DNA of 48,715 nt, from UHGV virus genome UHGV-0199265. The stretch is one strand, 5' to 3'. Made by a program: the position numbers and the translations under genes. Each line of letters begins with the position of its first letter. Position 1 is the first letter of the stretch. Shown here piece after piece: positions 1-8,058 of this stretch. Source of the DNA: a virus. The notes beneath the pieces are model-generated. The model was not told where the DNA came from, did no database searches, and worked only from the letters and a program-made list of their open reading frames with translations.

Positions 1-54
1 ATCAGGCGGCCATTACGGTGCCGGGCGTTTCACAACCAAATTTCAGGGGAAACC

Positions 55-1023
55 ATGAGCGAAATAATGGATTTAACCGTCATCGAAATAAAACCAGAAC
101 AGGCGCCGACCCTGTACCGGGCTGGCGGTCTTGACGCTTACCTTGAGCAGATTCGGCAGGCCGTGAACGAGGTTCCGGATCTGACCACCAAGAAAGGTCG
201 TGACCGTGTCGCTTCTCTCGCGGCGCAGGTATCACGCAGCAAGACGGCAATCGAGAAGCCGGGGCGCGAGTACCTGAAGCGCCTTAAAGAGGCTGTGCGC
301 CCTGCTGAGGCGGAAATTAAGCGGTTCGTTGACGCATGTGACGAGCTGCGCGATGCGACACGTAAGCCGTTGACCGAATGGGAAGCCGAACAGGAACGCA
401 TTAAGGCCGAAGAAGCCATGCTCGCCCTTCACGTCGAAGCACTGGCCATGAATGAAGAGTTCGATCGGCAGCTGGCTGCTCGGATTGAGTCTGACCACGA
501 AATGGCTCTGCTGATGAATGACGCTTTCGATCGTGAGCAGGCAGATAAAGCGGCTGAGGCTGAGCGCCAGCGCATTGCCCATGAAGAAGAAATTAAGCGA
601 CTGGCAGCAGCTGCAGCAGCCCGCGAAGTTGAGCAGCGCGCACAGCGTGAACGTGAAGAAGCGGCGCATCGTGAAGCTGTGTTGAAAGCACAAGCTGAGC
701 AGGCAGAGCGAGATCGCATTGCAGCCGAGCAGAAAGCTGAGGCTGACAAGCAGGCCGCTATCGAAGCGGAGCGCCGCAAAGCTCAGGAAGAAGCCGATCG
801 CATCCGCCGCGAGGCAGAGCAACGCGAACAAGCCCGCCTGGCTGAGGAGAAGCGCAAGGCCGAAGAAGAATCGCGCCGCGCCGCTGATGTTGAACATCGC
901 CGCGGGATAAATACAGCAGCGGTACAGGCTCTTATCGATCATGGCATCCCTTATGAATGGGCTAAGGCCTGCATCATTGCTGTGGCTCTCGGGAAAGTCC
1001 CTGCGACAACCATCAAATACTGA
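55..1023 (+). CDS. Coiled-coil protein of the recombination module (globular N-terminus, then long Glu/Ala/Arg/Lys-rich repetitive helix); function unknown
   Basis: 322-aa ORF; strongly repetitive EAERQR/AEQ low-complexity segment; first of four translationally coupled genes ending in erf. Confidence 0.5.
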   Translation: MSEIMDLTVIEIKPEQAPTLYRAGGLDAYLEQIRQAVNEVPDLTTKKGRDRVASLAAQVSRSKTAIEKPGREYLKRLKEAVRPAEAEIKRFVDACDELRDATRKPLTEWEAEQERIKAEEAMLALHVEALAMNEEFDRQLAARIESDHEMALLMNDAFDREQADKAAEAERQRIAHEEEIKRLAAAAAAREVEQRAQREREEAAHREAVLKAQAEQAERDRIAAEQKAEADKQAAIEAERRKAQEEADRIRREAEQREQARLAEEKRKAEEESRRAADVEHRRGINTAAVQALIDHGIPYEWAKACIIAVALGKVPATTIKY

Positions 1024-1030
1024 GGTGCTT

Positions 1031-1228
1031 ATGAACATCAAATGTGAATGCACAGACATGCGCACATCTGTAGGCCCGCATAACACGTTAACCGTCGATC
1101 TTGAAGACGTAGTGCTATCGGGGACGGTTAACAGTCGTGAAATCCTCATGCAACTGGATTGGGACGTGGTGATCGAATGCCTGGCGGAGCATGGCTACGC
1201 CATTACTCATCGGGAGAAAGCAGCATGA
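1031..1228 (+). CDS. Hypothetical small protein (65 aa)
   Basis: ATG preceded by GAGGTG RBS (tgaggtgcttATG); stop overlaps next start (ATGA). Confidence 0.4.
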   Translation: MNIKCECTDMRTSVGPHNTLTVDLEDVVLSGTVNSREILMQLDWDVVIECLAEHGYAITHREKAA

Positions 1229-1383
1229 GTGCGGCGGAAAAATGGAATGACGACGAATTCATTCAGCTGATGAGCGATGCGATCGGCGAACGTGATTTCG
1301 ACGATGACGAACCAGTAAACCTTTCTGCGGAACGGCAGAACCCGGTGATCAGCTGGGATGAATTCGCGGGGGATTTTCAATGA
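1225..1383 (+). CDS. Hypothetical acidic small protein (52 aa)
   Basis: ATGA overlap with upstream ORF and with erf start; Asp/Glu-rich. Confidence 0.35.
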   Translation: MSAAEKWNDDEFIQLMSDAIGERDFDDDEPVNLSAERQNPVISWDEFAGDFQ

Positions 1384-2033
1384 CGGATAAAAAAGTATAC
1401 GCCGCTATCAGCGCTGTGGCCGGAGAGCTGGCAGAGAAAGGCATCAGCAAGGCCAGAAAACAGGGCAGCCAGGTCAACTACGCATTCCGTGGGATCGATG
1501 ACGTTTACAACGCTCTTGCCCCTGCCCTGGTGAAGCACAAGTTACTGATCCTCCCGCGGTGTACTGAGCGGTCATGCTGTGAAAGAACCAGTAAAAATGG
1601 TGGCGCGTTGTTTTATGTAACCGTCCGGGCTGAGTTCGATTTTGTCAGCACGGAGGACGGCAGCATTCATACCGTCGTCACCTACGGCGAGGCGATGGAT
1701 AGCGGCGATAAAGCAACGAACAAGGCCATGTCGATTGCGTACAAATATGCAGCCTTTCAGGCGTTCTGCATCCCTACAGAAGAGACGGCTGTGGACCCTG
1801 ACTATGAGGCTCACCAGGTAAGGCCAGCAGACGCAGATCAGATTCTCGCTGATTTCACTGCTTACGCAGGCTCAGAGAACGATCCGAAGGCCCTCCAGGA
1901 TAACTACGGGAAAGCATGGAACAGCCTTCATGGCTTCCCTGAACATCAGACGAAGTGCAGAGACGTTACCGGCATCCGCCTGAGAGAGCTGAAACAAGCC
2001 GCAAGTGGTGGCAGCCATGAAAGTAACAGCTGA
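1380..2033 (+). CDS. erf: ERF-family single-strand annealing protein (recombinase)
   Basis: 217 aa; motifs RGIDDVYNALAPALVKHKLLIL and KATNKAMSIAYKYAAFQAFCIP resemble P22 Erf / ERF superfamily. Confidence 0.7.
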   Translation: MTDKKVYAAISAVAGELAEKGISKARKQGSQVNYAFRGIDDVYNALAPALVKHKLLILPRCTERSCCERTSKNGGALFYVTVRAEFDFVSTEDGSIHTVVTYGEAMDSGDKATNKAMSIAYKYAAFQAFCIPTEETAVDPDYEAHQVRPADADQILADFTAYAGSENDPKALQDNYGKAWNSLHGFPEHQTKCRDVTGIRLRELKQAASGGSHESNS

Positions 2034-2307
2034 GTCAATCCTGTCCATCCTGCGCAAGGACGCGCGGAACAACATTACGGTATTTCATCGCTGGCAGACC
2101 GCAGCGGGCGCCCTTGGGCACAACGCAGGGATAACCCTGAATGTTCATGAACCTTATTACGCCGGGTGGGCGCCAGCACTTGAGATGAAAGAAGTGTTCA
2201 TCTCGGCGCCTGAACTGGAAATGGTTAAGCCATTCCTGACCGTCGAGCGCTGGGGAAACGGGACACTTGGCGGAGAAATTTACCGGTTATCTCGGGAGGC
2301 ACAATGA
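2017..2307 (+). CDS. Hypothetical protein (96 aa)
   Basis: ORF overlapping erf 3-prime end by 17 nt, start MKVTAES; co-oriented in operon. Confidence 0.4.
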   Translation: MKVTAESILSILRKDARNNITVFHRWQTAAGALGHNAGITLNVHEPYYAGWAPALEMKEVFISAPELEMVKPFLTVERWGNGTLGGEIYRLSREAQ

Positions 2308-2609
2308 ATAAGCAGAGCATCACACCAGAGCAATTCCGCGCCGTAGCCGGAACCATGCCTGCCTGTCGCGCAGCGGATGCGCTGGGGATTAGCCAGGCGA
2401 ACTTCTACCGCCTGGCACAGAGCTATTCCATCAGCACAGCGTTTGTCTACAAACCCTGGAAGCCAGAAGAGAAGCAGATCGCCGCTGAACTGCGCGCTGC
2501 CGGCGAGTCGCATAAAAGCATTGCCATGAAGATGGGCCGCAGCGTTGCGTCGGTATCCAGGACTTTAAGCCGCATGAGAAAGGCAGACACGAAAAGAGGT
2601 GCCCAATGA
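2304..2609 (+). CDS. Helix-turn-helix DNA-binding protein (two predicted HTH segments)
   Basis: ATGA overlap with upstream; ALGISQANFYRLAQ and KSIAMKMGRSVASVSRTLSRMR HTH-like segments. Confidence 0.5.
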   Translation: MNKQSITPEQFRAVAGTMPACRAADALGISQANFYRLAQSYSISTAFVYKPWKPEEKQIAAELRAAGESHKSIAMKMGRSVASVSRTLSRMRKADTKRGAQ

Positions 2610-3262
2610 ACCGCTACTCACTTATCTATGCTGACCCGGCCTGGTCTTACGGGAACACGATCAGCAACGGTGCCGCCGCCGACCACTACCCCACCATGAG
2701 CCTTCTAGATATGAAGCGGCTGCCGGTATGGGAGCTCGCCGCGGATAACGCTGCGCTGGCGATGTGGTACACCGGCACCCACAACCAGGAGGCGATCGAG
2801 CTGGCCGAGGCCTGGGGATTTACGGTGCGCACAATGAAGGGTTTCACCTGGGTGAAGTTGAATCAGCTGGCCGAGCTGCGCATTACCAAGGCTCTGGCCG
2901 AGGGAGAGATCTCCGACTTTTACGACTTCCTCGACCTGCTGAATGCAGAGACGCGCATGAATGGCGGCAACCACACCCGCGCCAACACGGAAGACGTGCT
3001 GATCGCCACCCGCGGCGCCGGGCTGGAACGCAAGCACGCCGGCATTAAGCAGGTGGTCTACAGCCCCCTCGGCGCTCACAGCGAGAAACCGTGGGAAGTT
3101 CGCCACCGCCTGGAGCTGCTCTACGGAGACGTGCCACGGATTGAGTTATTCAGCCGCAGCGCAGCACCAGGCTGGAGCCACTGGGGTAACCAGTGCGCCA
3201 CCGCTTCCGTTGAGTTAATCCCCGGCTGCGCCATTGACGTTGTGAAGACGGAGGCAGCATGA
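2606..3262 (+). CDS. DNA N6-adenine methyltransferase, MT-A70 family (phage Dam-like)
   Basis: 218 aa; IYADPAW catalytic motif (DPPW-type); ATGA coupling with neighbours. Confidence 0.8.
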   Translation: MNRYSLIYADPAWSYGNTISNGAAADHYPTMSLLDMKRLPVWELAADNAALAMWYTGTHNQEAIELAEAWGFTVRTMKGFTWVKLNQLAELRITKALAEGEISDFYDFLDLLNAETRMNGGNHTRANTEDVLIATRGAGLERKHAGIKQVVYSPLGAHSEKPWEVRHRLELLYGDVPRIELFSRSAAPGWSHWGNQCATASVELIPGCAIDVVKTEAA

Positions 3263-3480
3263 CGCCAGAAGAAAAAGAAAATGCTCTCCGCGCCCAGGCT
3301 CGTCGCTGCGCAGAAGAGATAACCAAAGCGATGAGCGTAAAGCCTAAACCGAAGTGGAACGCTGTATGCCCCCCCATCCTTCGCAAGCACTACGAGAAGG
3401 TAAAGCCGATGGGTGTCAGCCTGGTGAAATTTGTCAGTGTTATTGGCCGCATGAATGGGCGGTATGGAGTGGAATCATGA
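3259..3480 (+). CDS. Hypothetical protein (73 aa)
   Basis: coupled ORF between methyltransferase and ASCH gene. Confidence 0.4.
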   Translation: MTPEEKENALRAQARRCAEEITKAMSVKPKPKWNAVCPPILRKHYEKVKPMGVSLVKFVSVIGRMNGRYGVES

Positions 3481-4055
3481 AAGAACGCGGAATGATTTTT
3501 AACGGGGAGATGGTGCGAGCAATTCTCGACGGTCGTAAGACACAGACACGGCGCCCAGTGAAGTTCCCTGTGCATGATAAAAACCTTGGGTGCGAGCTGG
3601 CTGGCAATGAACTGGCAGGGGAACTGTCGGCAGGGAACTATCTGAACAGCGCATTTGGCAAGCCAGGCGATCGCATCTGGGTGCGTGAGACGTGGGCGGA
3701 AGCTGGCGCCAGCGCGCCGGACCTAAAGCTTTATCGTGCTAATTATCCTGAGCATGTTCCTTCGATTTATGAAAACGTGCCGCCGGCTGAAGAAATTCGC
3801 TGGACGCCATCCATTCACATGCCACGCACCGCCAGTCGCATTCAGCTGGAAATAACCGACGTGCGGGTTGAGCGCCTACGCAGCATGAGCCAGGACGATG
3901 CACGCGCCGAGGGTGTTATTGCCGCATCTGGCCCTATGGAAGCCGGTTTAGCATTCCGCGAGCTGTGGGACTCAATCTACGGCGAGGAGAGCTGGAAAGC
4001 CAACCCCTGGGTTTGGGTTATCGAGTTCAAGCGTGTTGAAGGCGGTGCAGCATGA
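3477..4055 (+). CDS. ASCH-domain protein
   Basis: start MKERGMIFNGEMVRAILDGRKTQTRR typical ASCH N-terminus; ATGA overlap with upstream stop; the longer 3354 start in the track is probably an artefact. Confidence 0.6.
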   Translation: MKERGMIFNGEMVRAILDGRKTQTRRPVKFPVHDKNLGCELAGNELAGELSAGNYLNSAFGKPGDRIWVRETWAEAGASAPDLKLYRANYPEHVPSIYENVPPAEEIRWTPSIHMPRTASRIQLEITDVRVERLRSMSQDDARAEGVIAASGPMEAGLAFRELWDSIYGEESWKANPWVWVIEFKRVEGGAA

Positions 4056-4243
4056 ACAGAGCCTCTCCCGTTGATTTAAGGAAATGCCTTGAGGCCGCAC
4101 ATGGCCTCGCTCATATCGGCATCCGTTTTGTGCCGATCCCGGTAGCGACAGAGGAAGAGTTCCAGGCACTGTCTGCCGAGCTTTCACGAAAGCTTGAGCA
4201 GATGGCGGTTGAAGCGGAAAAAAGTGAAGGCGGTGCAGCATGA
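4052..4243 (+). CDS. Hypothetical protein (63 aa)
   Basis: coupled ORF; shares a 20-bp junction sequence with upstream gene end. Confidence 0.35.
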   Translation: MNRASPVDLRKCLEAAHGLAHIGIRFVPIPVATEEEFQALSAELSRKLEQMAVEAEKSEGGAA

Positions 4244-4647
4244 AAGTGAAGACAGAAAGCCTTACAGGACTACACCTTGATGTTGCAGTAGCTATCGCGA
4301 TAGGTGGAGAAGTTACCAGGCCGCAAGATGCTCAGGTCTATTTAAATGGAATGCATCAGCTATGTGGTGAGAAAAGCAAACGCCATAGCCGCTATGTATT
4401 TTCACCATCTACCGACTGGAGCCAGTGCGGAGAGTTAATGGAGAGCTTTTCGATCAGTTGTTACCAGTCGGCAGATCCCGCCACAGGAAAAGTCTACCAC
4501 TGGGTTGGCGTGAGCGAGTTAGCGTCTCCAGGTAAGCGACGTGGACTCCTTGCAGACAATCCCCGCGCTGCTGTATGTCGAGCAGTCGTATTCGCGCAGT
4601 TGGGTAATGAAGTTGAGTTGCCTGATGAACTTAAAAGTGAGGAATGA
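4240..4647 (+). CDS. NinX-like / DUF2591-like phage protein
   Basis: 135 aa starting MKVKTESLTGLHLDVAVAIAIGGEV; resembles enterobacterial prophage DUF2591 proteins (from memory, not searched). Confidence 0.4.
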   Translation: MKVKTESLTGLHLDVAVAIAIGGEVTRPQDAQVYLNGMHQLCGEKSKRHSRYVFSPSTDWSQCGELMESFSISCYQSADPATGKVYHWVGVSELASPGKRRGLLADNPRAAVCRAVVFAQLGNEVELPDELKSEE

Positions 4648-4864
4648 GCATGAGCGCAGAAATCATCGATCAGGCCAACGAGCTGGCAGAGCGCCGGCTG
4701 GAAATGACCATCCAGAACATGCGCATCAACCATGCGGCAGTCTCGGCTACTCACTGCCGCGACTGCGGGGAAGAGATACCCGCAGCGGCGCCGGGAACTG
4801 GTGGCGGGCTGCCAGCGCTGCGCTGATTGCCAAGAAGAGTTTGAAGAGCGTGGTAAGCACCTGA
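4644..4864 (+). pseudogene. TraR/DksA-family C4 zinc-finger protein interrupted by an apparent +1 frameshift near 4795
   Basis: frame 1 gives ...CRDCGEEIP then stops at 4826; the +1 frame continues RELVAGCQRCADCQEEFEERGKHL, restoring the CxxC-x17-CxxC pattern. Confidence 0.5.
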
Positions 4865-4872
4865 GGTGATGT

Positions 4873-5007
4873 ATGTGGGTAATGATGAAACTTAAACGCA
4901 CTGGAGAAGTGGTTTATTTCCAGGGTTACGACAGCAAGGAAGCGGCTGAAATGGCGGTTAAGGTTTTGAACTCCGTCGCCAGCGGCTGGGAATTCTATAT
5001 CAGATAA
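4873..5007 (+). CDS. Hypothetical small protein (44 aa)
   Basis: ATG 6 nt after GAGGTGAT; not in ORF track because <60 aa. Confidence 0.3.
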   Translation: MWVMMKLKRTGEVVYFQGYDSKEAAEMAVKVLNSVASGWEFYIR

Positions 5008-5028
5008 AGAGTGCAGCAGAGGTGATGC

Positions 5029-5271
5029 ATGCAGACAATAATCCAGGTAGAGACAAATGATTGGGTTTCAGAAGACCTGTTGATGGCGGTTACAGGCTTG
5101 AAGCGCGGCACCATTACGCGTGCTCGTAAATTATCCTGGCTGCTGGGGCGAGAGTACAAGCATATTTCTTCTGACGGGGATCCAAAGCCCCATTGCGAAT
5201 TTATGTACAACAGAAAAGCGGTAGATGCCTGGATTTATGCCATGAAACAGCCAGGGGTAGTGATCGATTAG
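5029..5271 (+). CDS. xis: Excisionase-like protein
   Basis: 80-aa ORF immediately upstream of int, same strand, GAGGTGAT RBS; size and position typical of lambdoid Xis. Confidence 0.55.
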   Translation: MQTIIQVETNDWVSEDLLMAVTGLKRGTITRARKLSWLLGREYKHISSDGDPKPHCEFMYNRKAVDAWIYAMKQPGVVID

Positions 5272-5318
5272 CATGAAACAGGTAATCTTTCACTGCTCCT
5301 GGACGTCGGGAGGGAACA

Positions 5319-6590
5319 ATGAGTAAAGAATCATACCCAACGGGCGTTGAGAACCACGGAAAATCACTCCGCATATGGTTCATTTTTAAAGGTAAGCGTG
5401 TCAGGGAAAACCTCGGTGTCCCTGACACCGCTAAAAACAGGAAGGTGGCCGGGGAGCTGAGAACGTCAGTTTGTTTCGCTATCCGCATGGGGACCTTTGA
5501 CTATGCGGCCCAATTCCCCAACTCGCCAAATCTGAAAACCTTCGGCATCGGGAAGAAAGATATCACCGTAAAAGATCTGTCTGAAAAATGGCTTGAGCTT
5601 AAACGGATGGAGATCTGCGCTAATGCCATAAACAGGTATGAATCGGTGGTGAGAAGCATGCTGCCGAGGGTTGGCACGAATAAGCTGGTTTCGTCTGTGA
5701 CAAGAGAAGAGCTTCTCTATATCAGGAAGGATATGCTGGCGGGGGATAAAGGGTTGAGTGTGGTGACGGTAAACTACTACATGACCACGATCGCGGGTAT
5801 GTTTCAGTTTGCTGTTGATAATGGCTATGTGAGTGAAAACCCGTTTAACGGCATCAAGCCGCTAAAGAGGGCCAGGATAGAACCAGATCCGCTCACACGT
5901 GATGAATTCGTTCGCTTCATAGATGCCTGCAAGCATCAGCAAACGAAAAACCTGTGGTCAATTGCGGTATACACAGGATTACGTCACGGTGAGCTGGTCT
6001 CCCTCGCATGGGAAGACATAGATCTGAAAACTGGAACGATGACCATACGCCGGAATTATACGAAACTCGGTGATTTCACTCTACCAAAAACCGAAGCCGG
6101 TACCGACAGGGTCGTTCACCTGATCAAGCCAGCCATTGACGCTTTGAGGAACCAGGCGGAAATGACCAGGTTAGGCAAGCAGTATCAGGTTGAGGTACAA
6201 CTGCGGGAGTATGGCCGAACGGTCATTCACGACTGTACATTTGTGTTCAATCCTCAGTTGGTTAAAAAAAGTGGCAGCGTAGGTTACCTATACAAAGCCG
6301 ATTCAGTTGGTGACTCATGGGATGCGGCGCTTAAACGGTCAGGTTTAAGGCACCGCAAGGCGTATCAGTCGAGACACACTTACGCCTGCTGGTCGCTGTC
6401 TGCCGGGGCCAATCCGAGTTTCATTGCCAGCCAAATGGGACACTCCAGCGCCCAGATGGTTTTCAATGTTTACGGCGCCTGGATGGCCGACAGCAGCAGC
6501 GATCAGATTGCTATGTTGAACCAGAAATTATCGGACTTTGCCCCACCCATGCCCCAAGACGCCTGCCATGCGAAATCTTCCATCAATTGA
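5319..6590 (+). CDS. int: Tyrosine site-specific integrase (lambda Int family)
   Basis: 423 aa; N-terminal arm-binding-like region, C-terminal catalytic region with R...HxxR...Y pattern (RHGELVSLAWEDI, HTYACWS, VYGAW). Confidence 0.9.
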   Translation: MSKESYPTGVENHGKSLRIWFIFKGKRVRENLGVPDTAKNRKVAGELRTSVCFAIRMGTFDYAAQFPNSPNLKTFGIGKKDITVKDLSEKWLELKRMEICANAINRYESVVRSMLPRVGTNKLVSSVTREELLYIRKDMLAGDKGLSVVTVNYYMTTIAGMFQFAVDNGYVSENPFNGIKPLKRARIEPDPLTRDEFVRFIDACKHQQTKNLWSIAVYTGLRHGELVSLAWEDIDLKTGTMTIRRNYTKLGDFTLPKTEAGTDRVVHLIKPAIDALRNQAEMTRLGKQYQVEVQLREYGRTVIHDCTFVFNPQLVKKSGSVGYLYKADSVGDSWDAALKRSGLRHRKAYQSRHTYACWSLSAGANPSFIASQMGHSSAQMVFNVYGAWMADSSSDQIAMLNQKLSDFAPPMPQDACHAKSSIN

Positions 6591-6596
6591 CTGCAA

Positions 6597-6947
6597 CTAA
6601 ACAACCCCATTGTCCTGGCGCACATCGCAGATAGTAAACGTCACGACGCCGGCGACAGTGACATCATCCAGAGCCTCGCCTTCAATCGCTTCGCCGTCTT
6701 CGGTAATCAGAGACCTACCTCTCAACGTGGCAAGCTCCGTCCCGCCACCGTGCTGGATCAGAACCTGACTTCCCTGCCTTGGCTTCAGGGAGATATCCAG
6801 TACAACGTAACCACCAGAACGCTCGAAAACTAGCGTGTTTGGACCTACATTGCAGATCGAGTTGACAGACAGTCGCTGCTCGACGTAGTCGGACGCCGGT
6901 GAAGGAAAGCCCATTAGATCACCCTCCCCATGTTGGCCATCATCCAC
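6597..6947 (-). CDS. UmuD-like (S24 peptidase fold) protein lacking the Ser/Lys catalytic dyad
   Basis: GFPSPASDYVEQRL matches UmuD GFPSPAADYVEQRI and C-terminus VAGVVTFTI resembles VFGVVIHVV; GDSM position reads GGYV and the Lys position is Arg. Confidence 0.5.
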   Translation of the reverse strand: MDDGQHGEGDLMGFPSPASDYVEQRLSVNSICNVGPNTLVFERSGGYVVLDISLKPRQGSQVLIQHGGGTELATLRGRSLITEDGEAIEGEALDDVTVAGVVTFTICDVRQDNGVV

Positions 6948-7153
6948 AGCCTGTTTTCGCTATGGTCGGTGGTTTTGTCGACAAAGTACGTCTGCTCTCT
7001 AGATATCCACGCATTAGCCTCTGAGTCGGTAAAGTGCACCCCACGCCGGCGCAGCGCTGACACAAAATCCTTTGTGTGCAGGTACTGAAAACCTTTGGAG
7101 TTGCGCAATACCGACTCGCGGAATGCCTGATTGATGTCTGACGCCCGATGCAT
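6914..7153 (-). CDS. Hypothetical SOS-regulated protein (79 aa)
   Basis: ATG 7 nt after AGGGGG RBS, 19 bp downstream of a canonical LexA box; overlaps UmuD-like gene start by 34 nt. Confidence 0.45.
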   Translation of the reverse strand: MHRASDINQAFRESVLRNSKGFQYLHTKDFVSALRRRGVHFTDSEANAWISREQTYFVDKTTDHSENRLWMMANMGRVI

Positions 7154-7171
7154 GATCTGCCCCCTACTGAA

Positions 7172-7191
7172 TACTGTTTTTATATACAGTA
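7172..7191. promoter_or_regulatory. LexA (SOS) box overlapping the -10 of a minus-strand promoter
   Basis: TACTGTTTTTATATACAGTA = taCTG-N10-CAGta consensus; TTGATC -35 lies 17 nt upstream on the minus strand. Confidence 0.75.
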
Positions 7192-7220
7192 GTTATACTT
7201 CAAAGACAGATCAATAGCTG

Positions 7221-8048
7221 CTACGGAAAGGTGGACGGATTTGTTGGGATCGTGTCGCCATAGTACTTCCCGCCTGAACTGAATCGCCTGTTAAAGATAT
7301 CCTGTTCAGACGCCGTGGCCTCTGCCATGGTCATGCCTGCTGCAGTGAGATCGATAAAATGCCATCTGTAAAGGACGTATGAACGACACAAATTGTTCAG
7401 TAGCGTACCGAAACCGCTAGGTGACCCCCAAACCATATGGTCGTAGTAAGCAGTTGCGACAGCCATATCTGTGCCTGTTTTTGCTGACGCTTGAGATTTC
7501 AGGGCAGGATTACCCGTCAACCCTCCATCCAGACTGGCAATCAGCAACTTGTTACTAGATGGAGCTGAGTTATGCGACATCAACACTTCTGAAGGGTTCT
7601 GGCTCGTCGATGACGGCTTATCTCGAGTAATACGATGATGCACAAATACTGCGAACTGATGATCATTCTGATGTGCAACAACGTACGGCAGGATGCCAGG
7701 GCAGCGGAACCGGGCCAGGTGGCCAGACACCTGATTGACCTGAGAGACTATGCCATGAATACCAAGCTTTGGTGTTCTCTCAAATTTAACTTCAGTGCTA
7801 CCAAGTGTATTTGAATACTTAAAGTCCAGATCGGCCTGCGATACACCAGTTAAGGTGGCGGCTGGGATCGCGGCTAAATTTGGCGTTGTTGATATATCAG
7901 TACCTGTCGCTGATAAATTAAAGTTTTCATCCACTTCATAGGCATCCAGCAGACCAAGAGAGCCATCAGTTAACCCAGGGTACGGATAAAAAATAGGCAT
8001 TCTTGGATCTGTAAAATTAGCTCCATATAAAGGATTGGCGCGACCCAT
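7221..8048 (-). CDS. Hypothetical protein downstream of tailspike (tail-fibre accessory or second receptor-related protein?)
   Basis: 275-aa ORF, Ser/Thr/Gly-rich, last gene of the late operon before the int end. Confidence 0.4.
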   Translation of the reverse strand: MGRANPLYGANFTDPRMPIFYPYPGLTDGSLGLLDAYEVDENFNLSATGTDISTTPNLAAIPAATLTGVSQADLDFKYSNTLGSTEVKFERTPKLGIHGIVSQVNQVSGHLARFRCPGILPYVVAHQNDHQFAVFVHHRITRDKPSSTSQNPSEVLMSHNSAPSSNKLLIASLDGGLTGNPALKSQASAKTGTDMAVATAYYDHMVWGSPSGFGTLLNNLCRSYVLYRWHFIDLTAAGMTMAEATASEQDIFNRRFSSGGKYYGDTIPTNPSTFP

Positions 8049-8058
8049 ATTTTATTCC

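Noticed and set aside
1-54. Host flanking genes or att core duplicated at window ends
   Set aside because: No recognisable bacterial housekeeping gene or direct repeat at the two edges. Both edges lie inside the phage early-left operon, consistent with an arbitrarily opened circular phage genome.
232-1149. 305-aa minus-strand ORF (and 138-419, 429-779 minus; 719-910 plus) overlapping the 55-1023 gene
   Set aside because: Antisense or alternate-frame ORFs across a GC-rich, highly repetitive coiled-coil coding region. Their low-complexity Ser/Ala/Arg/Cys-rich translations are typical frame artefacts. The + strand gene is coupled to the erf operon.
2705-3106. 133-aa minus and 94-aa plus ORFs inside the MT-A70 methyltransferase gene
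   Set aside because: Overlap a gene with clear catalytic motif and operon coupling. Pro/Arg/Gly-rich artefact translations.
6597-7153. Possibility that the 79-aa ORF and the UmuD-like ORF are one frameshifted umuD gene
   Set aside because: The UmuD-like ORF already carries its own N-terminal segment including the cleavage-region-like block before GFPSP. The 79-aa ORF has its own RBS directly after the LexA box and shows no UmuD similarity. Kept as two genes, but a read-level check of 6914-6947 would settle it.
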